From positions 640,001-704,000 of the forward strand of contig CAXXDN010000002.1 of the NCBI GenBank assembly GCA_963667465.2: 64,000 bases of DNA, read 5' to 3'. This stretch comes from Dehalococcoidia bacterium. Lineage in GTDB: Bacteria > Chloroflexota > Dehalococcoidia > UBA2979. This document shows, in pieces, positions 36,073 through 45,370 of this stretch (position 1 is its first letter; every line of letters begins with the position of its first letter). The position numbers and the translations under genes were made by a program. Under the pieces are notes generated by a model. It made no database searches and was not told the DNA's origin. It saw nothing but the letters and a program-made list of their open reading frames with translations.

Positions 36073-37704
36073 ATGAAGGTAGACGACGCGATCGCGGAAA
36101 TCCTCAAGCGCGAGGGTGTGGAATTCATCACCGCCTACCCGGTAAACCCGCTCATCGAGGCGGCCGCGAGGGTGGACATCCGCACCATCATCGTGCGCCA
36201 GGAGCGGACCGGCATTCACATGGCGGACGGCTACAGCCGCATCAACTCCGGCAACAAGATCGGTGTCTTCGCCTCGCAGGCCGGGCCCGGCACGGAGAAC
36301 TCCTTCGGCGGCGTCGCGCAGGCCTTTGGCGACTCCGCGCCGATCGTCGTGCTGCCTGCCGGCTACCCGCGAGGCGTCACGAACGTGCCGCCGCACTTCA
36401 GCGCCCTCGTCAACTTCCAGCACGTCGGCAAGTCGGTCGAGCAGGTGACGGTGCCGGAGGCGGTCGCGCCCGCGCTGCGGCGCGCCTTCAACGCCGCCCG
36501 CAACGGCCGCCCGCGCCCGGCGATCGTCGAGATCCCGAGCGATGTCTTCGGCGAGGAGATCGGCGAACTCGACTACCGGCCGGTCGTCACCGCGCGCTCC
36601 GCGCCCGACCCGCAGGCCGTCGACGAGGCCGCACAGGTCCTCGTGGACGCCGATCGCCCGCTGCTCTACGCCGGGCAGGGCGTGCACTACGCCGAGGCCT
36701 GGGCCGAGCTGCATGAGCTCGCCGAACTGCTCGAGGCGCCCGTCACCACGAGCCTGCAGGGCAAGAGCGCCTTCCCCGAGGACCACCGGCTCTCGCTCGG
36801 CTCCGGCGGACGCTCGCTGACCGGTGAGCTGCATCACTTCCTGCAGCACGCCGACGTGATCTTCGGCATCGGCTGCTCCTTCGCGGCGACGAGCTACGGG
36901 ATCCAGTTCCCCACGGGCCGCACGGTGATCCACTCCACGCTCGACCCCGCCGACCTCAACAACACCGTCGAGGTGCAGCACGCCCTTGTCGGCGACGCGA
37001 AGCTCACCCTGCAGGCCGTCATCGAGGCCGTCCGCGAGCGGGTCGGTAACAGCGGTCGCGGACGCGCCGACGCCGTGGCGGCGGAGATCCAGGAGCACCA
37101 CGCAAAGTGGCTGGAGCAGTGGCAGCCCATGCTCGACGATGCGAGCGTCCCGCTCTCACCGTATCGGGTGATTCGCGACCTGCTCGCCACCGTTGACGAG
37201 AAGAACACGATCATCACGCACGACGCAGGCAGCCCGCGCGACCAGATCTCGCCGTTCTGGCGCTCGACCGAGCCGCTTGGCTACATCGGCTGGGGCAAGA
37301 CGACGCAGCTCGGCTATGGCCTCGGCCTGGCGATGGGCGCGAAGATCGCGAGGCCGGAGAAGCTCTGTATCAACGTCTGGGGCGACGCCGCCATCGGCAT
37401 GACGGGGATGGATTTCGAGACTGCCGTGCGCGAGCGCATCCCGATCCTCTCCGTGCTGTTCAACAACTTCTCCATGGCGATCGAGATCCCGGTCATGCCG
37501 GTCTCGCAGGAGAAGTACAACTCGACCGACATCTCCGGGCACTACGCGGACTTCGCGACCGCCCTCGGCGGCTACGGCGAGCGCGTCGAGCAGCCCGCCG
37601 AGATCATCCCGGCGATCAAGCGCGGCATCGAGGCGACCGAGGCAGGCAGGCCGGCGCTGATCGAGTTCATCACGCAGCAGAGCTACACCTACTCGCGCTT
37701 CTAG
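36073..37704 (+). CDS. Thiamine pyrophosphate-dependent enzyme (acetolactate synthase-like superfamily)
   Basis: RQERTGIHMADG, GPG, TPP motif WGDAAIGM...FNN. Confidence 0.9.
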   Translation: MKVDDAIAEILKREGVEFITAYPVNPLIEAAARVDIRTIIVRQERTGIHMADGYSRINSGNKIGVFASQAGPGTENSFGGVAQAFGDSAPIVVLPAGYPRGVTNVPPHFSALVNFQHVGKSVEQVTVPEAVAPALRRAFNAARNGRPRPAIVEIPSDVFGEEIGELDYRPVVTARSAPDPQAVDEAAQVLVDADRPLLYAGQGVHYAEAWAELHELAELLEAPVTTSLQGKSAFPEDHRLSLGSGGRSLTGELHHFLQHADVIFGIGCSFAATSYGIQFPTGRTVIHSTLDPADLNNTVEVQHALVGDAKLTLQAVIEAVRERVGNSGRGRADAVAAEIQEHHAKWLEQWQPMLDDASVPLSPYRVIRDLLATVDEKNTIITHDAGSPRDQISPFWRSTEPLGYIGWGKTTQLGYGLGLAMGAKIARPEKLCINVWGDAAIGMTGMDFETAVRERIPILSVLFNNFSMAIEIPVMPVSQEKYNSTDISGHYADFATALGGYGERVEQPAEIIPAIKRGIEATEAGRPALIEFITQQSYTYSRF

Positions 37705-37737
37705 GGAGCCGGCGAGGCCTGGGGAGCGCAGGATGAG

Positions 37738-39339
37738 CTACGTGGCGGCAGGCTCGCCCCAGCCGCCGCCGCCCGGAGTCTCGACGCGCACGACGTCGCC
37801 TGGCTGCGCATCGAACGTCGCCTTGCCCGCCAGCGGGATCTCCTCGCCGTCGCGCTCGATGGCGTTGCGCCCCGGGACGCCGGGCGAGCCGCCCTGAGCG
37901 CCCCAGGGCGCGGTCGTGCGGCGCTCACTGACGATCGTCACGGTCGCCTCGCCGAGGAACTGCGTGCGGCGGATCATGCCGTCGCCGCCGGCGTGGCGCC
38001 CGGCGCCGCCGCTGCCACGGCGCACGCTCTGCTCGACGACGCGCAGCGGGTAGGCCAGCTCGAGCGCCTCGGCGGGGGTGTTGAGCGTATTCGTCATGTG
38101 GCTATGCGTAGCCGCGAGGCCGGGGCCCTCAGGGCCGCCGCCGAGCCCGCCGCCGGTGGTCTCGTAGTAGGCCCAGGGCCGGCCGTTGCGCGGGTCGATG
38201 CCGCCGGCGGCGAGGTTGTTCATCGTGCCGCTCGAGGCGGCCGGCATGCGCTCCGGCAGCGCCTGGCTGAGCGCCCCCCAGACGGTGTCGACGATGCGCT
38301 GCGAGGTCTCGACGTTGCCCGCGTTCACGGCCACCGGGGGCTGCGCGTTGACGAGGCTGCCCTCGGGCAGGGTGAAGCTGAAGGGGCGGAACAGCCCGGC
38401 GTTCGTCGGCGCGCCCGGCGGCAGCAGGCAGCGCAGTACGTAGTAGGAGGCAGAGCGCGTGACGGCCGCGACGGCGTTGATCGAGGCGGGCCGCTGCGGC
38501 GCGGTGCCGCTGAAGTCGAGGTGCAGGCCGCCGTCCGAGATCGTCAGCTCGACGACGATCGGCAGGGGCCCGTCCCCGAAGCCGTCGTCGTCCATAGCGT
38601 CCTCGAAGCGATAGCTGCCGTTCGGGAGCGTCGCGATCGTCGTGCGGGCGAGCCGCTCGCCGTAGTCGAGCAGCGCCGCGCCGGATCGCCGGAAGTTCGC
38701 GAGCCCGAGGCGCAAGGCGAGCGCGCGCAGCCGCTGGCCGCCGACGCGCTGCGCAGCGATCTGCGCCGCGAAGTCGCCCCGGCGCTCGTCGGGAGTGCGC
38801 ACGTTGCGCAGCACCAGCGCCAGCGTCTCCTCGACCGGTTCGCCGGCCCGCATGATGCGCACCGGCGGGATCACGAGGCCTTCCTGGATCAACTCGCGCG
38901 CGACCGGCATCGAGCCCGGTGCGCTGCCGCCGATGTCGGCCTGGTGCGCACGGCTCGCGACGAAGCCGATCGGCCGGGTGCGCCGTCCGCGCGCGCCGCG
39001 CGGCCCGTCCGCTGCGAAGACGGGCGAGACCATCGTCACGTCGGGCAGGTGCGTCCCGCCGAGGTAGGGGTCGTTGAGGACCGCCACATCGCCCTCGGCC
39101 CAGGGGGCGAGCGAGGCTGCGGCGCGCACGGATTCCGGCATCGCGCCGAGGTGCACGGGGATGTGGGCGGCCTGCGCGAGCGGCTGCCCGGCGGCGTCGA
39201 AGACCGCGCACGAGAAGTCGGCGCGCTCCTTGATGTTGGGCGAGAGCGCGGTGTGGCGCAGCGTCGCGCCCATCTCCTCGGCGGCCGAGGAGACGAGCGA
39301 GTCGAAGATCGCGAGGCGCGCCGCATCGATCTCGCTCAT
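37738..39339 (-). CDS. Hydantoinase B / oxoprolinase family protein
   Basis: SPNIKERADFSCA, HIPVHLG, NDPYLGGTHLPD, GNVETSQR, GTMNN, MTNTLNTP, TPGGGGWG. Confidence 0.93.
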   Translation of the reverse strand: MSEIDAARLAIFDSLVSSAAEEMGATLRHTALSPNIKERADFSCAVFDAAGQPLAQAAHIPVHLGAMPESVRAAASLAPWAEGDVAVLNDPYLGGTHLPDVTMVSPVFAADGPRGARGRRTRPIGFVASRAHQADIGGSAPGSMPVARELIQEGLVIPPVRIMRAGEPVEETLALVLRNVRTPDERRGDFAAQIAAQRVGGQRLRALALRLGLANFRRSGAALLDYGERLARTTIATLPNGSYRFEDAMDDDGFGDGPLPIVVELTISDGGLHLDFSGTAPQRPASINAVAAVTRSASYYVLRCLLPPGAPTNAGLFRPFSFTLPEGSLVNAQPPVAVNAGNVETSQRIVDTVWGALSQALPERMPAASSGTMNNLAAGGIDPRNGRPWAYYETTGGGLGGGPEGPGLAATHSHMTNTLNTPAEALELAYPLRVVEQSVRRGSGGAGRHAGGDGMIRRTQFLGEATVTIVSERRTTAPWGAQGGSPGVPGRNAIERDGEEIPLAGKATFDAQPGDVVRVETPGGGGWGEPAAT

Positions 39340-41378
39340 CGCCGCCCTCCCCCGGTTTCGCGCAGGATCAGGTTGCCGGACGCTGCCTGGTCCGGCCGAG
39401 CCTGCCAGCCCGGCGGCACCAGCGTCGTCGTGTCGAGCTGAGTGAGGATCGCCGGTCCCTCGACACCCGCGCTGCCGACGGTGCGGCGGTCGAGGATGCG
39501 CGTGCGGCGCGGCCGGTCCCAGACGACGGTGCTCGTTGTCTCATCAAGCGCGGCGCCGTGATCGGGGCTCGCCTGAGCCTCGGCGCGGAAGCCGGCGGCC
39601 CGCGCCTTCACGCGCGCGACGACGATCTCCGCGTCGCGATCGGGGTCGGCATGGCCGAAGCGCTCCGCGTGCGCCTCGGCGAGGGCGCGCCGCAGCGCCG
39701 CCGCGCCGAGCGAGCGCCCGAGCGGCACGGTCAGCTCGTGCGACTGGCCCGCGTAGCGCAGATCGGCGCTGCGCTCGATACGCACGCCGCGCCGGTAGCC
39801 GTCCGCGGCGAGCGCCGCCCGTGCCTGCGCAGCGAGGCCGGCGAAGGCCGCGCGGAGCGCTTCGAGTGTGCCGGAGGCGTCGGCCGGGACGCGCAGCATC
39901 AGCCCGCGCGCGAGGTCCTTCGTGACGTCGGCGTGCAGCATGCCGGAGGCAGAGAGCACGCCCGGCGCGGGCGGCACAATCACCGTCTCGACGCCGAGCT
40001 CCGCGGCCACCTCGCAGGCGTGGAGCGGCCCCGCGCCCCCGAATGCGACGAGGGCGAACTCGGCCGGGTCGAAGCCGCGCTCGACCGAGATCAGGCGCAG
40101 CGCGCGGACCATGCTGGCGTTGACTACCTCGATCACCGCCCGCGCGGCGCGCCGCGCGTCGCCGCCGAAGGCGGGCGCGATCGTCGCGAGCGCGCGCTCG
40201 GCGCGATCGGGGTGGAGGGCCATGTCCCCGCCGAGGAAGCGATCGGGCCGGAGCCGTCCGAGCACGACGTGCGCGTCCGTGACCGTCGGCAGCTCGCCAC
40301 GGCCGTACGAGGCGGGGCCGGGGTCGGCGCCCGCGCTCTGCGGCCCGACACGCAGCGCGCCGCCGTCATCGATCCAGGCGATCGAGCCACCGCCCGCGCC
40401 GACCGTATGCACGTCGACGGCGGGCGTGCGGATCGGCATGCCGTCCACGTCGTGATCGCCGCGCTCGAGGATGCGGCCCGGACAAAGGCTGACGTCGGTC
40501 GACGTCCCGCCCATATCGAAAGTGATCGCGTGCTCCATGCCCGAGGCGCGGGCGGCCTCGAACGCCCCCGCCACGCCTCCGGCCGGTCCGGAGAGCACCG
40601 TGCGTACGGCGTCCCGTCCGGCCTGCGCGGCGCTGATGCTGCCGCCGTTCGACTGCATGATGCGCAGCCGCGGGGCCGCGCTCCCCGCCGCGGCGGCAAG
40701 GCCGTCCTCGAGTGCGGTGAGGTAGCGCGTCATTGCCGGGGCGACGTAGGCGTTGGCGACCGTCGTGCTCATCCGCTCGAACTCGCGATGCTCGGGCAGC
40801 ACCTCGTGCGAGGCGGAGTGATGCAGGCCGGAGGTTCCTTCGAGGGCGCTCGCCAGCTCGGCGATGCGGCGCTCGTGGTCCGGGTTCACGAAGGAGAAGA
40901 GCGTGCAGATCGCGATCGCGTCCACGCCCGCGTCGGCGATCGCTTGCAGCACGCGCCCGGCCGCCGCCTCGTCGAGGGGCTCGACGACCTCGCCGCCGGC
41001 GGCGATGCGCTCGGACAGCTCGAAGCGCAGCTCCTCGGGCACGAGCGGCGGCCGCCGGGTGGGGTGGAGGGCGTAGAGGTCGGGGCGCGACTGGCGACCG
41101 ATCGCGAGCGTGTCGCGGAAACCCTCCGTGGTGATCAGTGCGGTGCGTGCGCCGCTGCGGGTGAGCAGCGTGTTCGTCGCCACGGTCGAGCCGTGCACCA
41201 CCTCCTGCGGTGTCCATCCGGCCCCGGCGATCCCGGCCAGCACCGCGCGCGAGGGGTCGTCCGGCGTCGAGGGGCGCTTGGCGATGCGCAGCGCCTCTCC
41301 GTCCCAGTAGAGGAAGTCGGTGAACGTGCCGCCGACGTCGACGCCGAGCAGGCGGACGGTGCGCTGCTCGGGACTCAC
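39336..41378 (-). CDS. Hydantoinase A / oxoprolinase family protein
   Basis: GVDVGGTFTD, HGSTVATN, SGPAGG, DMGGTSTDV, GAGGGS, GPQSAGADPGP, FGGAGPLH. Overlaps the B subunit start (ATGA). Confidence 0.93.
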   Translation of the reverse strand: MSPEQRTVRLLGVDVGGTFTDFLYWDGEALRIAKRPSTPDDPSRAVLAGIAGAGWTPQEVVHGSTVATNTLLTRSGARTALITTEGFRDTLAIGRQSRPDLYALHPTRRPPLVPEELRFELSERIAAGGEVVEPLDEAAAGRVLQAIADAGVDAIAICTLFSFVNPDHERRIAELASALEGTSGLHHSASHEVLPEHREFERMSTTVANAYVAPAMTRYLTALEDGLAAAAGSAAPRLRIMQSNGGSISAAQAGRDAVRTVLSGPAGGVAGAFEAARASGMEHAITFDMGGTSTDVSLCPGRILERGDHDVDGMPIRTPAVDVHTVGAGGGSIAWIDDGGALRVGPQSAGADPGPASYGRGELPTVTDAHVVLGRLRPDRFLGGDMALHPDRAERALATIAPAFGGDARRAARAVIEVVNASMVRALRLISVERGFDPAEFALVAFGGAGPLHACEVAAELGVETVIVPPAPGVLSASGMLHADVTKDLARGLMLRVPADASGTLEALRAAFAGLAAQARAALAADGYRRGVRIERSADLRYAGQSHELTVPLGRSLGAAALRRALAEAHAERFGHADPDRDAEIVVARVKARAAGFRAEAQASPDHGAALDETTSTVVWDRPRRTRILDRRTVGSAGVEGPAILTQLDTTTLVPPGWQARPDQAASGNLILRETGGGRR

Positions 41379-41398
41379 GTGCTACGGGCGCGAGGCCG

Positions 41399-42619
41399 CT
41401 ACGAGCGCGGCAGCCCGAGGCCGCGCGTCGCGATGATGTTGCGCTGGATCTCGGACGTGCCGCTGTAGATCGTCGTAGCGACCCGGCGCACGTAGTCCTG
41501 CGTCGGTCCGGCGTGGAGCGGCGCGCGCTCATCGTCCGGGTCCCAGAGGTTCGCGTAGAGGCCGAAGGCGCGCGACGCTGTCTGGGCGATGCGCTGCCCG
41601 GTCTCGCTCACGAAGACCTTCGCGATCGAGGCCTCATAGTTGGGCACGATGCCCTGGTCCTGCATCGAGGCGATCCGCGCCGAGAAGTTGAAGCCCACCT
41701 CGGTCTCCTCGAGGCGCTCGGCGACCACGGAGCGCAGCGCCGGGTAGCGCTCGAGGCGCGAGCGCCAGCGCTCCTCGCGGCGCAGCTCGGCGACGAAGCG
41801 ATTGAGGTCGGCGCGCAGCCGCACCGCGCCGGCCACGCCGGAGCGCTCGAAGTCCATGAGCGTCATGCCGACGTACCAGCCGCGGTTGACCTCGCCCACG
41901 ACATGTGTCGCCGGCGTGCGCACGTCCTCGAAGAAGGTCTCGTTGAACTCGTGCCGCCAGCCCATGTCGACGAGCGGCTGCACCTCCAGGCCGTTGCTGT
42001 GGATGTCGTCGACGATCATGAAGGAGATGCCACGGTGCTTCGGGGCGCTGCGGTCGGTACGGGCGAGCAGGAAGAGCGAGTCCGAGACGTGCGCGCCGGA
42101 GGTCCAGATTTTCTGCCCGTTGATCACGTACTCGTCGCCGTCACGGTCCGCCGAGGTCTGCAGCGAAGCGAGATCGGAGCCGGAGCCGGGTTCCGAGTAG
42201 CCCTGTGCCCAGGCGACGTCGCCGGCGAGGATCGGGGGCAGGTAGCGGGCCTTTTGCTCTTCGTTGCCGTGCACGATCAGCGTCGGGCCGAGCGTCATCA
42301 CGCCATGACCGCCGACCTCCGGCGCCCCGGCCATCGCGAGCTCCTGCTTGAAGATGAATTGCTCCATCGGGCCGAGGCCCGCGCCGCCGTACTCCTGCGG
42401 CCAGTGCGGGGCGATCCAGCCGTGATCGGCCAGGGCGTTCGCCCAGCCCTCGGCGGCCTCACGGCGCGCCGGGTCGTCCGAGCCTCGGTCGGACTGCCAG
42501 TTCGCTTCGTTGCGGCCCTCCTGGGCCAGCCGGCGATAGAGCGCGGGCAGGCCCGCGGTGGCGAGGTTGCGCACCTCGGCTCTGAACTCGGCCTGTTCCG
42601 TGCTGTCGCTCCAGTCCAT
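41399..42619 (-). CDS. Acyl-CoA dehydrogenase
   Basis: QGYSEPGSGSDLASL, INGQKIWTS, KHRGIS, FNETFF, DFER, IYSGTSEIQRNII. Confidence 0.94.
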   Translation of the reverse strand: MDWSDSTEQAEFRAEVRNLATAGLPALYRRLAQEGRNEANWQSDRGSDDPARREAAEGWANALADHGWIAPHWPQEYGGAGLGPMEQFIFKQELAMAGAPEVGGHGVMTLGPTLIVHGNEEQKARYLPPILAGDVAWAQGYSEPGSGSDLASLQTSADRDGDEYVINGQKIWTSGAHVSDSLFLLARTDRSAPKHRGISFMIVDDIHSNGLEVQPLVDMGWRHEFNETFFEDVRTPATHVVGEVNRGWYVGMTLMDFERSGVAGAVRLRADLNRFVAELRREERWRSRLERYPALRSVVAERLEETEVGFNFSARIASMQDQGIVPNYEASIAKVFVSETGQRIAQTASRAFGLYANLWDPDDERAPLHAGPTQDYVRRVATTIYSGTSEIQRNIIATRGLGLPRS

Positions 42620-42749
42620 GGCGTGCCCCTCGTGCCTGTCCGTGCGTGTCGAATCGGTACCGCCGGTGATGATACCGCGTTGGCGTGGACGCGACGCAGG
42701 CGGTAGTGGGTATGCTCACCCCGGCGACGACTCAAAGCGAGGGATGGTG

Positions 42750-43859
42750 ATGATGCAGATCCGAGCGGCGATCTTCCGGAGGCCACACGAGCCGCTGACC
42801 ATCGAGGACGTCGAGATCGACGGCCCGATCGGCAAGGAGCTGCTCGTCCGCACCGCCGCCTCCGGCGTCTGCCACAGCGACAAGCACAACATCGATGACC
42901 TCGTCGGCGACCGCTGGCGCGGTGTGGACAGCGCCATCCTCGGCCACGAGGGCTCCGGCGTCGTCGAGGCGGTCGGTCCCGACGTGACCTACGTGGAGCC
43001 GGGCGACCACGTGGTCGCCTGCCTGTCCGGGTTCTGCGGCAACTGCGAGCAGTGCCTGCGAGGCCGCCCGCACCTCTGCACCGGCAGGGGCGTGGTGATG
43101 CGCGGCGCAACAGACCCGCCGCGCTACTCGATGGCCGGCGAGCCCGTGCGGCAGGGCTACGATATCGCGAGCTACGCCGAGGCGATGCTGCTGCATGAGA
43201 ACTCGGTCGTGAAGATCGACAAGCGCTACCCGCTGGAGCTCGCCTCGATCGTTGGCTGCGCTGTCACCACGGGCTTCGGCGCCGCGATCCGCACGTCCGG
43301 TCTCCAGCCGGGCGAGACGGCGGCGATCTACGGCTGCGGCGGTGTCGGACTCTCGGTCATCCAGGGCGCCCGCGTGGCCGGGGCGCGGCGGATCATCGCC
43401 GTCGACAGGTTCGACGCGAAACTCGACCTCGCCCGCGAGCTGGGCGCTACCGACGCGATCAATGCCACCGAGGCGGATCCCGTCGCCGCGATCCGCGAGC
43501 TGACGGGCGGCCGAGGCGTAGACCACGCCTTCGAGGCTGTCGGACTACCCATGCTTGTCACCCAGGCGGTGCAAAGCCTCGCGATCCGCGGCACGGCGAC
43601 GGTCGTTGGTGTACTCCCCGCCGGCGCGAGCATCGAGTTTCCGTGGGAGGCGCTGCGGCCCGAGTGCCGGATCCAGACCTCGAGGATGGGCTCGAACGCC
43701 TTCCGTTACGACATCCCGCACTACCTGGAGCTGTACGAACAGGGCCGCCTTCGCCTCGACGAGATGATCAGCCACCATATCGCGCTCGACGACCTCAACG
43801 ACGCCTTCCGCAGGATGGACGAGGGCGAGGGCGCGCGCAGTCTGGTGGTGTTCGACTAA
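42750..43859 (+). CDS. Zinc-dependent alcohol dehydrogenase (MDR), tandem copy A
   Basis: GVCHSD, LGHEG, CGNCEQC..C, GCAVTTG, IYGCGGVG. Start chosen among ATGs at 42744, 42750 and 42753. Confidence 0.93.
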   Translation: MMQIRAAIFRRPHEPLTIEDVEIDGPIGKELLVRTAASGVCHSDKHNIDDLVGDRWRGVDSAILGHEGSGVVEAVGPDVTYVEPGDHVVACLSGFCGNCEQCLRGRPHLCTGRGVVMRGATDPPRYSMAGEPVRQGYDIASYAEAMLLHENSVVKIDKRYPLELASIVGCAVTTGFGAAIRTSGLQPGETAAIYGCGGVGLSVIQGARVAGARRIIAVDRFDAKLDLARELGATDAINATEADPVAAIRELTGGRGVDHAFEAVGLPMLVTQAVQSLAIRGTATVVGVLPAGASIEFPWEALRPECRIQTSRMGSNAFRYDIPHYLELYEQGRLRLDEMISHHIALDDLNDAFRRMDEGEGARSLVVFD

Positions 43860-43893
43860 ACCCGAGCGGAGGCTGCCGACCGGCGGAAGAGAG

Positions 43894-45012
43894 GTGGCGA
43901 CGATGCAGATGCGCGCGGCGATCTTCCGGAGACCGCATGAGCCGATGACCGTCGAGGAGGTCGAGATCGCCGATCCGATCGGCAAGGAGGTGCTCGTCCG
44001 CACCGCCGCCTCGGGGGTCTGCCACAGCGACAAGCACTCTCTCGACGGTCTCGTCGGTGGGCGCTGGCAAGGCTTCGACAAGGTCGTCCTCGGGCACGAG
44101 GGCGCCGGTGTGGTCGAGGCCGTCGGCCCCGATGTGACCTACGTGGAGCCGGGCGACCACATCGTCGCCTGCCTTTCCGGGTTCTGCGGTAGCTGCGAGC
44201 AGTGCCTGCGCGGGCGCCCGAACCTCTGCACCAGCAAGGAGGACACGGTGATGCGCGGCGCCGGGGACGCGCCGCGGCTCTCGATTGACGGCGTGCCGGT
44301 GCGCCAGGGCTCCGAGATCGCCAGCCACTCCGAGGTGATGCTGCTGCACGAGAACTCGGTGGTGAAGATCGACAAGCGCTACCCGCTGCAGACGGCCGCG
44401 ATCGTGGGCTGCGCCGTCACGACCGGCTTCGGCGCGGCGATCCGCACGTCGGGCCTCAAGCCCGGCGAGACGGCGGCGATCTATGGCTGCGGCGGCGTCG
44501 GCCTCTCGATCCTCCAGGGCGCGCGGGTCGCCGGGGCGCGGCAGATCATCGCCGTCGACAAGTTCGACGCGAAGCTCGACCTCGCGCGCGAGCTGGGCGC
44601 GACCGACACGGTCAACGCGACCGAGACGGACCCCGTTGCCGCGATCCGCGAGCTGACAGGCGGCCGCGGCGTGGACCACGCCTTCGAGGCCGTCGGACTG
44701 CCGATGCTGGTGGACCAGGCCGTGCGCAGCCTCGCGATCCGCGGGACGGCGACGCTCGTCGGGGTGCTGCCGGCCGGCGCGAAGATCGAGTTTCCGTGGG
44801 AGGCGCTGCGGCCCGAGTGCCGGCTCCAGACCTCGAGGATGGGCTCGAACGCCTTCCGTTACGACATCCCGAACCACCTCGAGCTGTACGAGCAGGGCCG
44901 CCTCCGCCTCGACGAGCTGATCAGCCGCCGCATCCCGCTCGACGACATCAACGACGCCTTCCGCGCGATGGACGAGGGCGACGGCGCACGCAGCCTGCTG
45001 GTGTTCGACTGA
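43894..45012 (+). CDS. Zinc-dependent alcohol dehydrogenase (MDR), tandem copy B
   Basis: Same motifs as copy A with high visible identity. Confidence 0.93.
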   Translation: MATMQMRAAIFRRPHEPMTVEEVEIADPIGKEVLVRTAASGVCHSDKHSLDGLVGGRWQGFDKVVLGHEGAGVVEAVGPDVTYVEPGDHIVACLSGFCGSCEQCLRGRPNLCTSKEDTVMRGAGDAPRLSIDGVPVRQGSEIASHSEVMLLHENSVVKIDKRYPLQTAAIVGCAVTTGFGAAIRTSGLKPGETAAIYGCGGVGLSILQGARVAGARQIIAVDKFDAKLDLARELGATDTVNATETDPVAAIRELTGGRGVDHAFEAVGLPMLVDQAVRSLAIRGTATLVGVLPAGAKIEFPWEALRPECRLQTSRMGSNAFRYDIPNHLELYEQGRLRLDELISRRIPLDDINDAFRAMDEGDGARSLLVFD

Positions 45013-45140
45013 GGGCGGTCGTGCGGGGCCAGGCCACAGCTGCCGGGAGGGTGTCGGGCTCGGCTCGGATCCCTTCAGGGTGCTCGTGACGTCAGGGCTA
45101 CGTCGTAACCTTTACCAACGAGAGACGGCACGCGAGGTTG

Positions 45141-45160
45141 TGAGCGGCCGGTGCCGCTCA
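45141..45160. terminator. Hairpin at the end of the cob operon
   Basis: TGAGCGGC-CGGT-GCCGCTCA. Confidence 0.4.
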
Positions 45161-45370
45161 GGCCCACTCAGCGTCGTCAAGGCAGGGGATCTTGCGACTG
45201 GACTCCCGGCGATCCGGTATTTCGAGGTCGGTTCCCTGCGGCATGTTCTCGACCAGCCACTGGCCGAGCGGCATACGAGGCTCCTCGGCATTCGGAGCGC
45301 TCGTGGCGTCGGGCGGATCAGGCGCATCGGGTTGCGCCATGGACTCATCCCGCGCTCGGCGGTCCGTCAT
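45158..45370 (-). CDS. Small hypothetical protein, resembling the C-terminal half of a Phd/YefM-type antitoxin
   Basis: PRMPLGQWLVENMPQGTDLEIPDRRES..IP; ATGA overlap with the PHP stop. Resemblance is from memory only. Confidence 0.45.
   Translation of the reverse strand: MTDRRARDESMAQPDAPDPPDATSAPNAEEPRMPLGQWLVENMPQGTDLEIPDRRESSRKIPCLDDAEWA

Noticed and set aside
45095-45120. Fourth copy of the GTTAC regulator motif
   Set aside because: Only one good half-site, wrong spacing to a -10-like hexamer, and no gene start downstream.
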